DNA from: Guillardia theta CCMP2712
Taxonomy: Eukaryota; Protista; Cryptophyta
Length of the DNA: 64,000 bases
Direction: 5' to 3'
NCBI RefSeq assembly: GCF_000315625.1
Contig: NW_005434666.1
Span: 125,750 to 189,749 of the forward strand
Part shown: positions 26,001 to 37,463 of the stretch, in pieces
How positions within the stretch are numbered: position 1 is the first letter of the stretch
How the letters are laid out: every line of letters begins with the position of its first letter
Position numbers and translations under genes: made by a program
Notes under the pieces: model-generated
Databases searched by the model: none
Told to the model about the DNA's origin: nothing
What the model saw: the letters and a program-made list of their open reading frames with translations, nothing else

Positions 26001-28921
26001 GGCCTCGATCAGATGGCCACCAAGGGGATCGGCAGCAGTTTGTCCACAGCCCTCACGAGCATCGCGGCCAAGAACACAGTGAGGAGGACTATCAGGTCCT
26101 TGTTCCGAGCCCGAGCACAGGACGAGCTGAGGAGCGGGTCTCTCCACCACCAGGAAGGCAGCAGCTTGCGCTACAGCCTACTTGCTACAGCTGACCCGCA
26201 GTCTTCCTCCTTCCTCCAGACGCTGACGAATCTCAGCAAGTCTCAGACTCAAGCTTCTGTCCCTGACGAGGACGGGGCTCGCATCGCAACCGACATGATC
26301 GACATGGTGAGCTCAGACACTCTCATGTGAGCCTATTGCTGACCTTCCTTTCCTCCTCCTCCTCCTCCTCCTCCTCCTCCTCCTCCTCCTCCTCCTCCTC
26401 CTCCTCCTCCTCCTCCTCCTCCTCCTCCTCCTCCTCCTCCCCCTCTCCTCTTTCATCTCTCGCCCCGTCCTCTTTCTCCCTTTTCAAATCCCCTTTCCCC
26501 TGCAGGTATCCTCCAAGCTCAAACCTGACAGCGTCGGCGGTGCTGAACTTCGACCTGGCGGGGCGTCGGGCCCAGCCTTCAGCTTGCCCTCCAACGTGCT
26601 GGACGGGCAGCAGGGAGGAGGTAGTGTGAGCATGCAAGTGACGGGGCTGGGAGCGAGTCCCTTCGACTCGGACGCGAACTTGACGTCGGGCAGTGTGGCG
26701 AGCCTGACGCTGGGTGTAGAGGTGACAAACGCTGTAAGCCCGATCGAGCTGAAGATGCCACTGGGAGGACGCAACCTGTCTCTCTTCAACGGAACTCTTG
26801 ACACCTGCCAGTTCTGGAACTACGTGACCTCCACCTGGGACGGGACTGGCTGCATTGCCAACGGGACGGATGGGGAGGGGAACCTGGTCTGCCATTGCTT
26901 CCACTTGACCGACTTCAGCGGCGTCGCCAGCTCCGTCCTGCCTGCCATGAACATGCCGGACCCCACGAACCCGGCAGCAGCCTTTGCCAGCTTGTCCCCT
27001 GACAACATCGTTGTGTTCGTCGTGCTGGGAGTCCTGCTCCTCCTCTACTGGGCCCTGTGCTACTGGGGATGGAACAAGGACAAGGAGGACGCGAAGAGGC
27101 TGAAGGAGTACTCTCAGACTGTGAGCAAGAAGAAGGCTGCCGATCAAGTCGACAACGCCATCGCATCTAACAATGTATTCCTCGTCAAGAAGATGCTGGA
27201 GGGCAGCATGTGGAAGAAGTTCTCTATGATGCGCAAGAAGTTCGTGAGCTCTGTGATGGAGCAGCACAAGCTGCTTGGAGGCTTCTTCGCTCGCAAGTCC
27301 AACTACACGCGCCCCCGGAGGTTCACCGTCCTGTTCTGCATGCTCGTCGGCAACATGTTCATCTCGGCTCTCTTCATGAGCTCGGGCGGGCAGCAGACGA
27401 TCGTGCAGAAGATCGTGGGAGGTTTCATCTCCGCCATCATCATGTTCCCCGCCAGCTTCTTCTTCGCCTGGATCTTCAAGAATCTCGACATCAACGAGGC
27501 TGAGAGGAAGGAGATGCAGGAGGACGAGCTCAGCAAGAAGAAGATCCTCGTCAAGCAGACGGTTGCCGACATCGAGGCCCGAGGTCGATCGATAGGCAAG
27601 GACGGCAAGGTCGTGGCGGCCCCTCCCGCCGAGGACAACAACCTCAAACGAGGAAAACGCCACCATGTCCCCCACCCTGACGACGTGAGGTTTAGCGGGC
27701 CAGTGCTGGAGGGGACGCAGGCAGTCTTCAAGAGGAAGGTAAACTTCCGCGCTCGCATCGAGGAGGGGACAGGCGCCCTGGAGACCCCGGTGTCGGCGGG
27801 ATGGCTGGCTGAAGAGGAGGATGAAGAAGACTCTTCACAGGGAGAGGCTCAGATCCCTAGGAGGTGAGGGAGGGAGTGGAGGCCTGCTGATGCGCCTGAC
27901 CGTTTCCACAGAGCTCTTCCTATCCACATCACTCCTCCTCCTCCTGCCCCCCTCGTCGTCGGACGGTCCAGACCTTCGGTAAGGAGGAGGAGTCGACTGC
28001 TGCTGCTGCTGCTGCTGCTGACGGGTCACACAGTCCTCCCGCTCTCAGGGTACAAGGATCTCAACCCCGTCCACCGAAGTTTCCCAGAGGTGACCCGCAC
28101 CCCATCGTCTTTCTACCTCCTCTCCCCTTCTCTCCTCCCCTGTTCCCCTTCTCTCCTCCCCTCTTCTCCTTCTCTCCTCCCCTTTTCTCCTTCTCTCCTT
28201 CTCTGGTTTCATCCCCTCTTTCTCTCCTTTTCTTCCTCTTTGCTGTTCAGCTCCTCGTCTTTTTCTCTTGCATGCTCCACTTCCCTTCCCCTTCTCTGCC
28301 CTCTTTCTCCTTCACTCCCATTACCTCCCTCCTCTACTTCTGTTCCTTTCGTCTTCTATCCATTGGTTCTGTCGACCTGACTGGTTACGGACTTGAGCAG
28401 GAGCACGTCGTTCCGTGACCTGCAGCATGAAAAGTGAGATCTCCGATCATCCTCCCTTTCTTTCGCTACTGTCCTCCTCCTCCTTTTCGCCCTTCCTCCC
28501 TTTCCTTCCTCCCTTTCCTTTCCCTCCTTTCCTCCCTCCCTCCTTTCCTCCCTCCCTCCTTTCCTCCCTCGCTCTCTTTTTCCCTTCCTCCCCTTCTCTT
28601 CCTCTGCCCCGCTTCTCGAAGTCACTCCATCCTCCGCAGCGATCCCTCGAAGAAGGAACGGAGCGCAGCTCAGGATCACCTGCCCAAGAAGGGAGTGGAA
28701 GGAAGGAAAGGCTCCTCCATCGCAGACAAGGTAGAGGAGGAGATGATGCAGGAGCTGCGAAGGAGGAGGAGGCGCTCACGATGCTTGCAGTTGCTGGCTA
28801 AAGTTGTGAAGAACGTGACAACAACCAAGAAAGGGATCCCGAAGAAGAAGATCCTGATCAGCCACAGGTGACTACAGACCTACCTCATCTTCCTTCGATG
28901 CCCCGCCTCTCCTGCAACCCT

Positions 28922-28964
<43 letters not shown>

Positions 28965-29898
28965 CCATCATCATCCTTCCTCCACTCTGTCTGCTCATCC
29001 TGCTGCTGCTGCCGCCGCCGCCGCCGCCGCCGCTGCTAGTCTTGCTTCTGCCCTCATCATCTTCGCCCTCCCCTCGCCATCAGTTTCTTCCTTCCCTCGC
29101 ATCCTCATGCTGCTGCTCCCTCAGGTTTCAGTACCTGGCGTACGCTCTAGCGTTCGTGTGGTACATGCTCTGTATCTACTTCTCCCTCCTCCTCGGCGTC
29201 ACCTTCACCAAGAGCATTGCCGAGGCTTGGCTGCTCGGCTTCGCCATCAGCATCTTCCAGGTTCACCTCCTGTGCTTCTTCCCTACAGCCCTTATTTCAC
29301 TCTCCTCGTTCCCTCTCCCCCCGCCTCTCCCTCTGCCTTCAGCTCTCTGCTCCTACCCCTGCCTCTCAACCCTTTTTCTCCTTCCCTGCCCTGTTCCTCC
29401 CCATCACTTTTCTTCCTCCCCCTCCTTCTCTCTCTCTCCCCTCCCTCCCTTCCATTCCCTCTCCCTCCCTCTCTGCTCATCTTATCAGCCTCACTCTGCT
29501 CGCAGGATCTCGTCGTCATGGAGACGATGAAGCTTGGAGGACAGACGGGAATGAAACTCTTCGTGAAGCCTCAGGTGAAACCTCGTCCTCCCTCCTCCCT
29601 CCTCCCTCCTCCCTCCTCCTCGCCTCCCTCCTCCCTCCTCCCTCCTCCCTCCTCCCTCCTCCTTCCTCCCTCCTCCCTCCTCCTTGCTCTCCTCCTTCTT
29701 GCTCTCCTCCTTCTTTTCTCCTCCCTCTCTCCTCCTTCTTGCTCTCCTCCTTCTTTTCTCCTCCCTCTTCACCCATGACTTCCCATCCTCTGATCCCCTC
29801 CTCTCCTCTACCTCACATCTGACATGTTCTTCTCTTCTCAGATCGCAGTCTTCTTGGCCTCCCAGGTGGCCAACAAGTATCAGCCCGAGACGCAGTGA
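3622..29898 (+). CDS. Giant multi-exon polycystin-1-like protein: signal peptide, ~45 filamin/Ig-like repeats, REJ, GAIN/GPS, 5 TM
   Basis: Starts with signal peptide MTRVSLLLLFIFEQIVLTSC. Chained + strand ORFs carry repeated filamin motifs (RDxFGN, DxxDGTYxVxY, GSPF) to ~23600. REJ-like region at ~24050-25650 (LVLDASSSYG, LNASTSLDFDG, VNTPPSSGNFAVSPSEG, WVDDEEDLPLIYEF). GPS CQFWN...WDGTGC...CHCFHLTDFS at ~26805-26920. PKD1-type TM segments follow. Last exon IAVFLASQVANKYQPETQ* ends at 29898. Confidence 0.85.
26352..26440 (+). repeat. (CCT)n microsatellite inside an intron of the giant gene
   Basis: Uninterrupted trinucleotide run between a GT donor near 26310 and the AG acceptor near 26505. 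Confidence 0.9.
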
Positions 29899-31281
29899 TA
29901 AGTGTGAATGTAAATAACAGTTCTCTGTAAGTAGAATTCAACTCAATTAAACGTCTTCAATAATTAATCTTGGTTGCCTCCTGTGGGCAGCCGTCATAAC
30001 TGAAATTGCCGGGGAGATTCTGAACACGACATGGGAGCGCTGTTACAGAAAGAGTGAGATCCAAGAGAAACTGATAGGAGAGGAGAGGAGAGGGAATGAG
30101 CAGTAGAAAAACACATCTCGACGGTCTCAAACATGCGATGATAGCCAATCTTATTGGGATTCACAGCATGGATGTCGTTGAAGGTATCACGCGCTGGATG
30201 TTTTGCAATGCAGTCAAGTCCAAATCAGTCTTCCCCTCTGATATCCTGTCATCTCTCCTTCTCTCATCTCTCTCCTTTCCTCTCCTCTCCTGTCATGTCA
30301 TGTCATGTCCTCTCCTGCTCCTCTCCTCCCCTCCCCTCCCCTCCCCTCCCCTCCCCTCCCCTCCCCTCCCCTCTCCTCTCCTCTCCTCTCTCATCGCTCA
30401 CCTCTCCTCTCTCATCTCTCATCTTCCTTCGTTCATCTTCTCTGCCATCTTCTTTCGCTCTCTCATTGGACGCTATGCCATGTTGCGGGTCCGACCGATT
30501 TTGATGATTCTGTCAAGTGATGAGTAAAAAGGTGAATTAGAGGGGGTAGGGGTACTCAGATATTTGAAGGGGGTAGGGGGTATGAATTTTTGAGGAAAGG
30601 TCATGATACCTATCAGGCCATGGGGTACTTGAATAATATATCGGGGGTCAATATAGTGTGAATTTGGGGGTAGGGGTCTGGCAGTACCGTGGTGACTATT
30701 TGATAACGACCCATGGGTGGTTGCTGGGAAGCTAGAGGTAGGGGTAGTCAGAAGAGAGTTGGGGGGGTAGGGTGGCTGAAATGGCGGCTGTGTAGTCCGG
30801 GAGGGGCTACGATAAAAAATGCGAGAAGAGAGAAAAGCGGGAGGAGGGGGGAGGGAGAAAGGGGCATGGGGGAGATGAAGAGTGGGGGCGGGAACAGTGG
30901 GAACAGGTAGGGAAGGTTAGGAAGATTTTTATGAGGATAAAGCTACACCAAGAGGCAGGTTGAGGAGGAGGAGCCGAAGGGAGGGAATACGAATAGTAGA
31001 GCACGTGTCATGCTTGATTCCCTGCATGCTTTTCATCTCCTGGTAGTTCCCTGAGCTACCGATCAAGTGGGACTCGAGCAGCAAGGATCTCGTAGACTAT
31101 GAACGAGGGTCAGAGTTGTGTATCTCCGCTATCTTTATCAACTTGATCTGACTGGTCGTGATTGTAATCTTGTACGTAGGACATGTGTAACTGAAAGCAG
31201 CTCGAGATGAGGAGGGGAGGTCATCTCGGTTACCCCGAGCGGGGCGGTGCCGGTCCGAGAAGAGGAAGGACACGTCAACGA

Positions 31282-34200
31282 ATGCCTGTAACTTGCCGCT
31301 TCTATCTATTGTTTCTGCACCTTGATCCCGCTATGGCAGAACCAAGAATATATCGCCGACCATGCTGGCGCGCCGCCGGCCACCAACGTGAACTTCACCG
31401 TTCAAGTCCCGTTCGACATAGCAGAGGGCATGGGATGTAGAGCGATGGTGACGCCGATGATCTGAAGCAAGTGACTGTACCTGACGTTGCTGGGCAGTAC
31501 TACGAGGATGAGCAGTTCTATGACGCCACTGTCGTCAGGAAGTCCCGGACGGGCTGGCTCGTCTCTTTCGCTGGGTTCCCAGGAGAGCCTCTTCAGGATA
31601 CAGAAGTTGCGGACATCCTCTCCCTCCCTGCAGCCACAGGACAACCGGCCGTCGCCATGCCCCAAGTCCACCAGCATCCTTCGGCCATGCACGGGCCGAG
31701 AGGTCCTCTTGCGCTGGACCCCAACGCCGCTCCCTTCTTGTCTCCGAGCTCGATTCATGCCTCGAAGGAGGGGATGGAATCTCCGATGGCTCTGCATGAG
31801 ATGCCGCAGGGGCGAGGCCAGCACGGCAAGAACGTCCAGTCGCTGCACGAGAGGAAGGGGCCGTTGAGGAGCAACGCGAACCGGAGGAGAGGGAAGCGCG
31901 AAGGTTCGAAAGAGCAGGCGATGGCGTGTGAGAGTGATTTTTGGACTCAGAAACGTCCATCCCGCACAATCATATGGATTCCTACTGGGTGGAAGCCGGG
32001 GCCCTTGCGGAGGGAATGATCTGCAAAGGCCTGGTAACTTCAAGTAACCGTAGCTGGGTTGACCGTCTGACTGCTGGCAGTACTATGGAGACGGCCTCGG
32101 GATGTACTATGATGCTGTCCTGGTGAGACAATCCAGGAGCGGATGGTTCCTATCCTTCGTCGGGTTCGAGCACGAAGAACCCCAGGACACCGTTGAGTCG
32201 GACATCGTGTTTGCGAACTGGGCTGAGTGCAAGGCGATGTTCTACGATGAGAAGGTTGGAATGACTTCGGGTCGGAAAATTTGCGAGGAGAGCTTGTGAC
32301 ATGGTGAGCAGAAAGTGTATGTTGGCTATCGGGGCCCTCGAACTGCCCAGGGATACCTTGTTGGCTTCCAGGGGTTCGAGCTGGATCCGTGAGTGCTGAT
32401 GAGATGACCTCGTTTCCTGCTCACTCGCTCCCTTGGCAGATGTCAGGACACGAGGGAGGAAGACATCGTCATGCTGGACGGCTCGTCGAAGCAGAAAGGG
32501 AAGCAGGACCGGCAGCAGTGAGTCGGACGCTCGGGGTTGAAACTTGTTGACTTGCGATGGCGCACAGGAAGCCAAAGAAACATCAAGAAAACGAGGACGG
32601 CAAGGGGGAGAAGAAGCAAGGGGCTAACCCCCAGACTCCTTCCAGGCAGAACGAAAGACGAGCGGACAAGGCAAAAGCACCTGAGTCTCCCGCCCATCCT
32701 CCCAGCGGGGAATCAGCAGCCGAGGAGGCTGGTAACAGCACTCCGAGTGCTCGTGGGGGGAAGCAAACAACCAAAGTGACCAAGCCCAAGGACTGCGTCG
32801 TGCACGCGAAGAACCTCGACCCGGCCGTCACACGTCAGCAGCTCTTCACCTTCTGCACCAAGACCGTCGGGTTGATGCCTCTGTCAGTTCACATCCTCTC
32901 AGTGCGGAACTCTAAGGACACGGAGGGAGCAGGCTCGTCGAGGGGAGTGATCGTCTTCGATACGGCACAGGACGCGCAGAACTTCTTGTCGAAGGCTCAC
33001 GGTCATCGTTTCAAGGGGAGAAAGCCCTTCTTCCTGGTGAAGCGCGAGGCCTCTGGGGCCAAACCTGAGGCAGCCCAGCACAAGACCGACGAAGGAGGAT
33101 GGTGGGAAGAGGAGGAGGGTGTTGAACACGCGGATGCTGAGCAGGAAGGGGAGACGGGGGATGGGGGAGACGAGGCCAAGGTCCAGCTAGGGTCGCTCTA
33201 CGAGGCCATGATCGGCGCAGGTGCGGGTTTCTTGTCGGAGGAAGGAAGTAAGAAGGAGGTGGAGGAGACAGGCATCGTCTTCGGGATGTCCCTCACGTCT
33301 TGCAGCGACTCTTCTCAACGGATCGCACTTCACGTGCTCAGGGAGGATGGAGGGAGTACGAAGACGTCTGAGCTTCAGGGCCGGCGGCTGCTGATCAAGT
33401 CCATGGAGGTGGCCATCGCTGTCCCCACCCACTTCACCTTCCTGGAGAGGATGCACGTCAGACAATCTCTGCTCCTCAAGGTCCCCGGCCTATCATCCTG
33501 CAAGCTCCACATGGTCGACTCCATGACAGCAGCAGCTGTTGAGTTCGTGGACGGCTGGTACAGCAACGTGTACGACGTGGCAGGCATGGAGGTCCTCCTG
33601 CTAGAGTCCAGCTCCGAGGTCACCGCGATCGGACTGGCACGAGTTGGGCCGAAGAAGGCGGATGTGCTGCACACGGAGGAAGCGATGGAGCTGGGCGAGG
33701 ATCGTGTGCTGGAGGAAGTGTCGAGATGCCTGGCGGAGGAGGTGGAGGGGGAGGTGGACAGGCTGTACAACTTCAAGTGTGAGACGTGGACTGAGGAGGA
33801 CATGGAGGACCTGAGGCAGCTGGCGCAGGAAGTGATCCGAGTCCTGAGCCAGAGGGAGGAGGCGCACGTCACTCTGTCCTTCAGCCCTTCAGCTCGCGAC
33901 ACCTCCATGCAGGTCGATTTGCGCGTGAGCCGCGCGCAGCTGGTGGAGATGCTGGGGAAGAGAGGAACCGTCCTGGCGTCCCTGGAGAGGCTGGCGAGCA
34001 GATTGATCAGCCAGGCAGGCGAGCAGGGGGAGGTGAAGCTACTGAGGGGCGTCGCGCCTGTCGGGGCGTCTCACTGCGGAGCCCTGCTGGGCCGTCTGCT
34101 AGCAAAGCAGCTGGGCATATCACCGGACAACATCCACATGTTCCTGCAAGACTCGCGGAACGTGGCGGCCGGGGCTGCTCGAACGGTCCTGTGGGAAGCG

Positions 34201-35447
34201 CCGGCAGGAGGGAAGGAAGAGAGTCAGGAGGAGGGGGAGCGGGTGGCTCGGAGGTGTCGGGTGCCGTACTCATGTGCTGTCCTCCACACGGCAGAGGAGC
34301 CGAGCAAGTCGGAGGCCATCATCATTCCCTGGACGGCGATGGACCGCGAGCTCCCGCTGACCTGCACTGTCAATGTATGGGGGAGGAGAGTGGGAAGACG
34401 AGGGAAGAGCGAGGAGGGAGGGAGGGAGGGAGGGAGGGAGAAGGATGATGGAGGGAAAGGGTTGACACAGGAGGGGAGAGGGGAGAGAGCGGGAGGGGAA
34501 GACAGAAGAGGGGAAGGAGGAGGGAGAGAGGAGGAGTGGGAGAGAGTGGAAAGATGAGGAAAGGGAAACTGGAAGGAGGCAGCAAGGACGATGGGAATGG
34601 GAAGGTATCGTCACTGACAACGTGCGAACTTCAGGACCTCGACAATGTGGCGAATCAAGATTTCATCATTTCATACCGAGAAGGAGGAAGAGTGTTGGCT
34701 TGTTTGCCGCTGTAAGTTGTTGGAGGATGCAGGATGATGATGATGCAGAACGATGATGATGATGATGATGTTGACGATGGTGATCATGATAATGTTGGTG
34801 ATGATGATCATGTTGATGATTATGTTGAGGAGGAGCTGCTGGTCTCTTTACTCTCTTTGGCTCTAGGGCTGGAAGCGATGAAGTCACCATCACCATTGAC
34901 AGGGATGGATGCTTGAGTAAGTGATCCTTCCTCCTCTCTCCCTGTCCTCCTCCTTCTCGTGTACCTCCCCGCCCCTGTTCCATCGTCTCCTCCTCTTCTC
35001 ATTCTCCTGCAGGTCATCAGACGCGCGTCGGCGGCGATGCCGTCGAGTCTCCCATCAAGCTTGAGGCTCCCAACTTAGTTTATCACACCAACCTTGAAGG
35101 TAGACACTATCACCACCACAACCTCCTCCTCCTCCTCCAACTCCCACCACCCTCTTGCTCCTCCGCTCGTCGTGTTCGGTTGAGCTTTGCCTCTGCTTTC
35201 GCTATCCAAGCACCCAATACTTGCTGTGTTTGTTTATTGTTCGCTCCTCAACCGACCTCCCTCTCGTCTCTTCCTTTCAAGCTAGTTTCTCTCCTCGCAT
35301 CCTCCTCTAGCGGGTTACACGTGCTGACTCCCTTGTGTCCTCCATGCCCTCCATCCCTCTTGTTCTCACTCCCGCGCAGCAGGAAGCATCGTCGACATGG
35401 AGGTTGAGGCTGTGGCTTCGTCCTTATCTCCCATCCTCCAGCGATGA
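31282..35447 (+). CDS. Multi-exon fusion protein: 3x Tudor (SMN-like) + PAM2-like motif + RRM + degenerate Hsp70 domain
   Basis: Spliced Tudor repeats: EGMGCRAM/YYEDEQFYDATVV..WLVSFAGF, EGMICKGL/YYGDGLGMYYDAVLV..WFLSFVGF and AECKAMFYDEK..YLVGFQGF. PAM2-like LDPNAAPFLSP. RRM VHAKNLDPAVTRQQL..RGVIVFDTAQDAQNF. Hsp70-like motifs VAIAVPTHF, MVDSMTAAAVEF, VSRAQLVEM, NVAAGAA, EVTITIDRDGCL. GT-AG junctions keep the frame. Confidence 0.75.
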
Positions 35448-35648
35448 AAACAGGAGGAGGAACGAGGAGCAGGAGAGCAGGAGCAGCGCTTTCCCCATGC
35501 ACCCTTCATTGAACCTTTCTGACCCTCCTCACGCGCGTTCCTGCAAGTAACAAAGGCTGCACATTTGATCCCTCCTCCCCCTGCCTCCCCTGCCTCCTCC
35601 TTGTGCTCCTTCTTGCCACCCTCCTGCTGCATCCTTCCTATCGCCATG

Positions 35649-36240
35649 TCACAGCTCAGGGCTGGCAGGATGGAAGGTGAGGGTCCGGGAGACGTTTGTT
35701 ACGCTCCTGTGCCTGCTCGTCTGGTCAAGGACCCCCCCCTCCTCCTCCTCCTCCCTTACTTCCTGTCGATGATCTCAAGGAGGAAGAGGCGTCGACCAGC
35801 CCTTACCCCGTACATGACGAGCGGAAACTCGCGGTAACACCTGGGCTAACATGGAGATGAGGGACGCGAGTGGAGGAGGAGGACGAAGACGAGGAGGACG
35901 AGGACGAGGACGAGGAGGACGAGGACGAGGACGAGGAGGACGAGGAGCGGAGGAGAGATGTGACGATGAAGGATGAGCAGAGGAAGGGGTCAAACAAGCT
36001 AAGAGGAGGAGAGGGATGGGGAAAGTTTGGAGGGAAAGGGACAAGAAATCCTGTGATGTTCCTACTTGAATCTTCTGACGGTCCTCAGGGTTTCCTCCCT
36101 CCTCGCATGACCTGCGACCATGTCAGTGGGAGGAGGGGGAGGAAGGGGGAGAGGGTGTGCAAGAAGAGGAGAACGAAGAGAAGCCCGAGGAGCAGGGGCA
36201 GGGACAGGGAGGAGCAGGAGCAGGAGGGGCAGGGACAGGG

Positions 36241-36297
<57 letters not shown>

Positions 36298-37270
36298 GAG
36301 GAGCAGGAGAAGGAGAAGGAGAAGCAGAAGCAGGAGCAGCAGGAGCAGCAGGAGCAGGAGCAGGAGTACAGCTGCATGTCCTCCCAGTGATTCACTCTCA
36401 TCCTCTCCACCATCTCGTCGTAGAAGACGAGCGAGTGCTCTCCTGCCCTCACCCCCGACAATCTCACGTCCATGGTCAACACCTGCGTTCCTGTGAGCAG
36501 ACCCAATCTGTTCTCCTATTCCTCCTCTTGCTCCTCCTCCTCCTCCTCCTCTGCATCCCCCTCCTGCCCTCTTCGTGCCCTCGTCCTCCTCCTTCATGGC
36601 CATCACTTACGTCGCCATGAATCAAACTGCCCTCTTCTGGTCGAACGACTTGTAGATCGATAGACCCATCCAAGCCCTCCTCCTCATCATCATCATCATC
36701 CTCCTCACGGTGTTCTGACCCTGCCCCAAGTGCATTCAGCTCTCTGTCACTTGTCTCCTGGTCTCTTCTTCCTACCCCGTGGCCTCTCCTCCTCCGCAAG
36801 TCTGCGCACAAGCACATAGCCAAGGTAGCTCAGCTCGTTCGGAGCGCTCTGCTGGATAATCTCGAAGCCGTGGCTGAGGAGGAAGCTAAGGGCTCGACCT
36901 ACAGCAAACTCTGATGAGCTGAAGGGACGAGAGGAGGAGCAAGGAGCAAGGAGCAAGGAGCAAGGAGCAAGGAGCAAGGAGCAAGGAGGGGAGAGTGGTG
37001 AACCTCCTTTGCCGCTATGATGCTTGAGCGATGCTGACGGCCAAGTGTCGTCAAAGAGGATGAAGCATCTGCATCCTCGTCTCTTCCTTGCACACATAAG
37101 TGGTCGAGTCACCTTTCCGAGCAGAGTCGCTCCACGAGGATGGCCTGAGCAGGAGGGAGAAAACAAAGTCAGCGAGGAGGAGGAGGGGACAAGGGAGAAG
37201 GAGGAGGGAGAGAGGGAAGGTGGTGCATGTCTATCACACCTGCTGGAGATGGATCTCCTGCGACTGCGAA
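35649..37270 (-). CDS. Hypothetical multi-exon protein; 5' end uncertain
   Basis: Coding-like exons between microsatellite introns (KVTRPLMCARKRRGCRCFILFDDTWPS, EFAVGRALSFLLSHGFEII, VLTMDVRLSGVRAGEHSLVFYDEM, ..TLTFHPASPEL*). No family recognised. Confidence 0.4.
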
Positions 37271-37463
37271 GAAAGATTAATCATAAACGAGAGAGCGGAA
37301 GAAGAGACAAGAGGGTGTGAGAGGGAAGGACGGAGGGAGGGAGGGGGGAGGAGTGGAAGGGAAACGGGGGAAGACAGGGGGGACTGGAACTCCATTCAGA
37401 TGCATGCATCAAATCTATTTTCCTTGAAGAAAAACTTTCCAATAATGCAAATTACATCAATAA

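Noticed and set aside
26323-27675. 450-aa minus-strand ORF
   Set aside because: Antisense shadow of the GC-rich GPS/TM exon plus a (CCT)n intron; no independent motif.
36240-36365. Regular repeat resembling an RS domain or CRISPR-like array
   Set aside because: Pure hexamer microsatellite without unique spacers, lying in an intron of the minus-strand gene.
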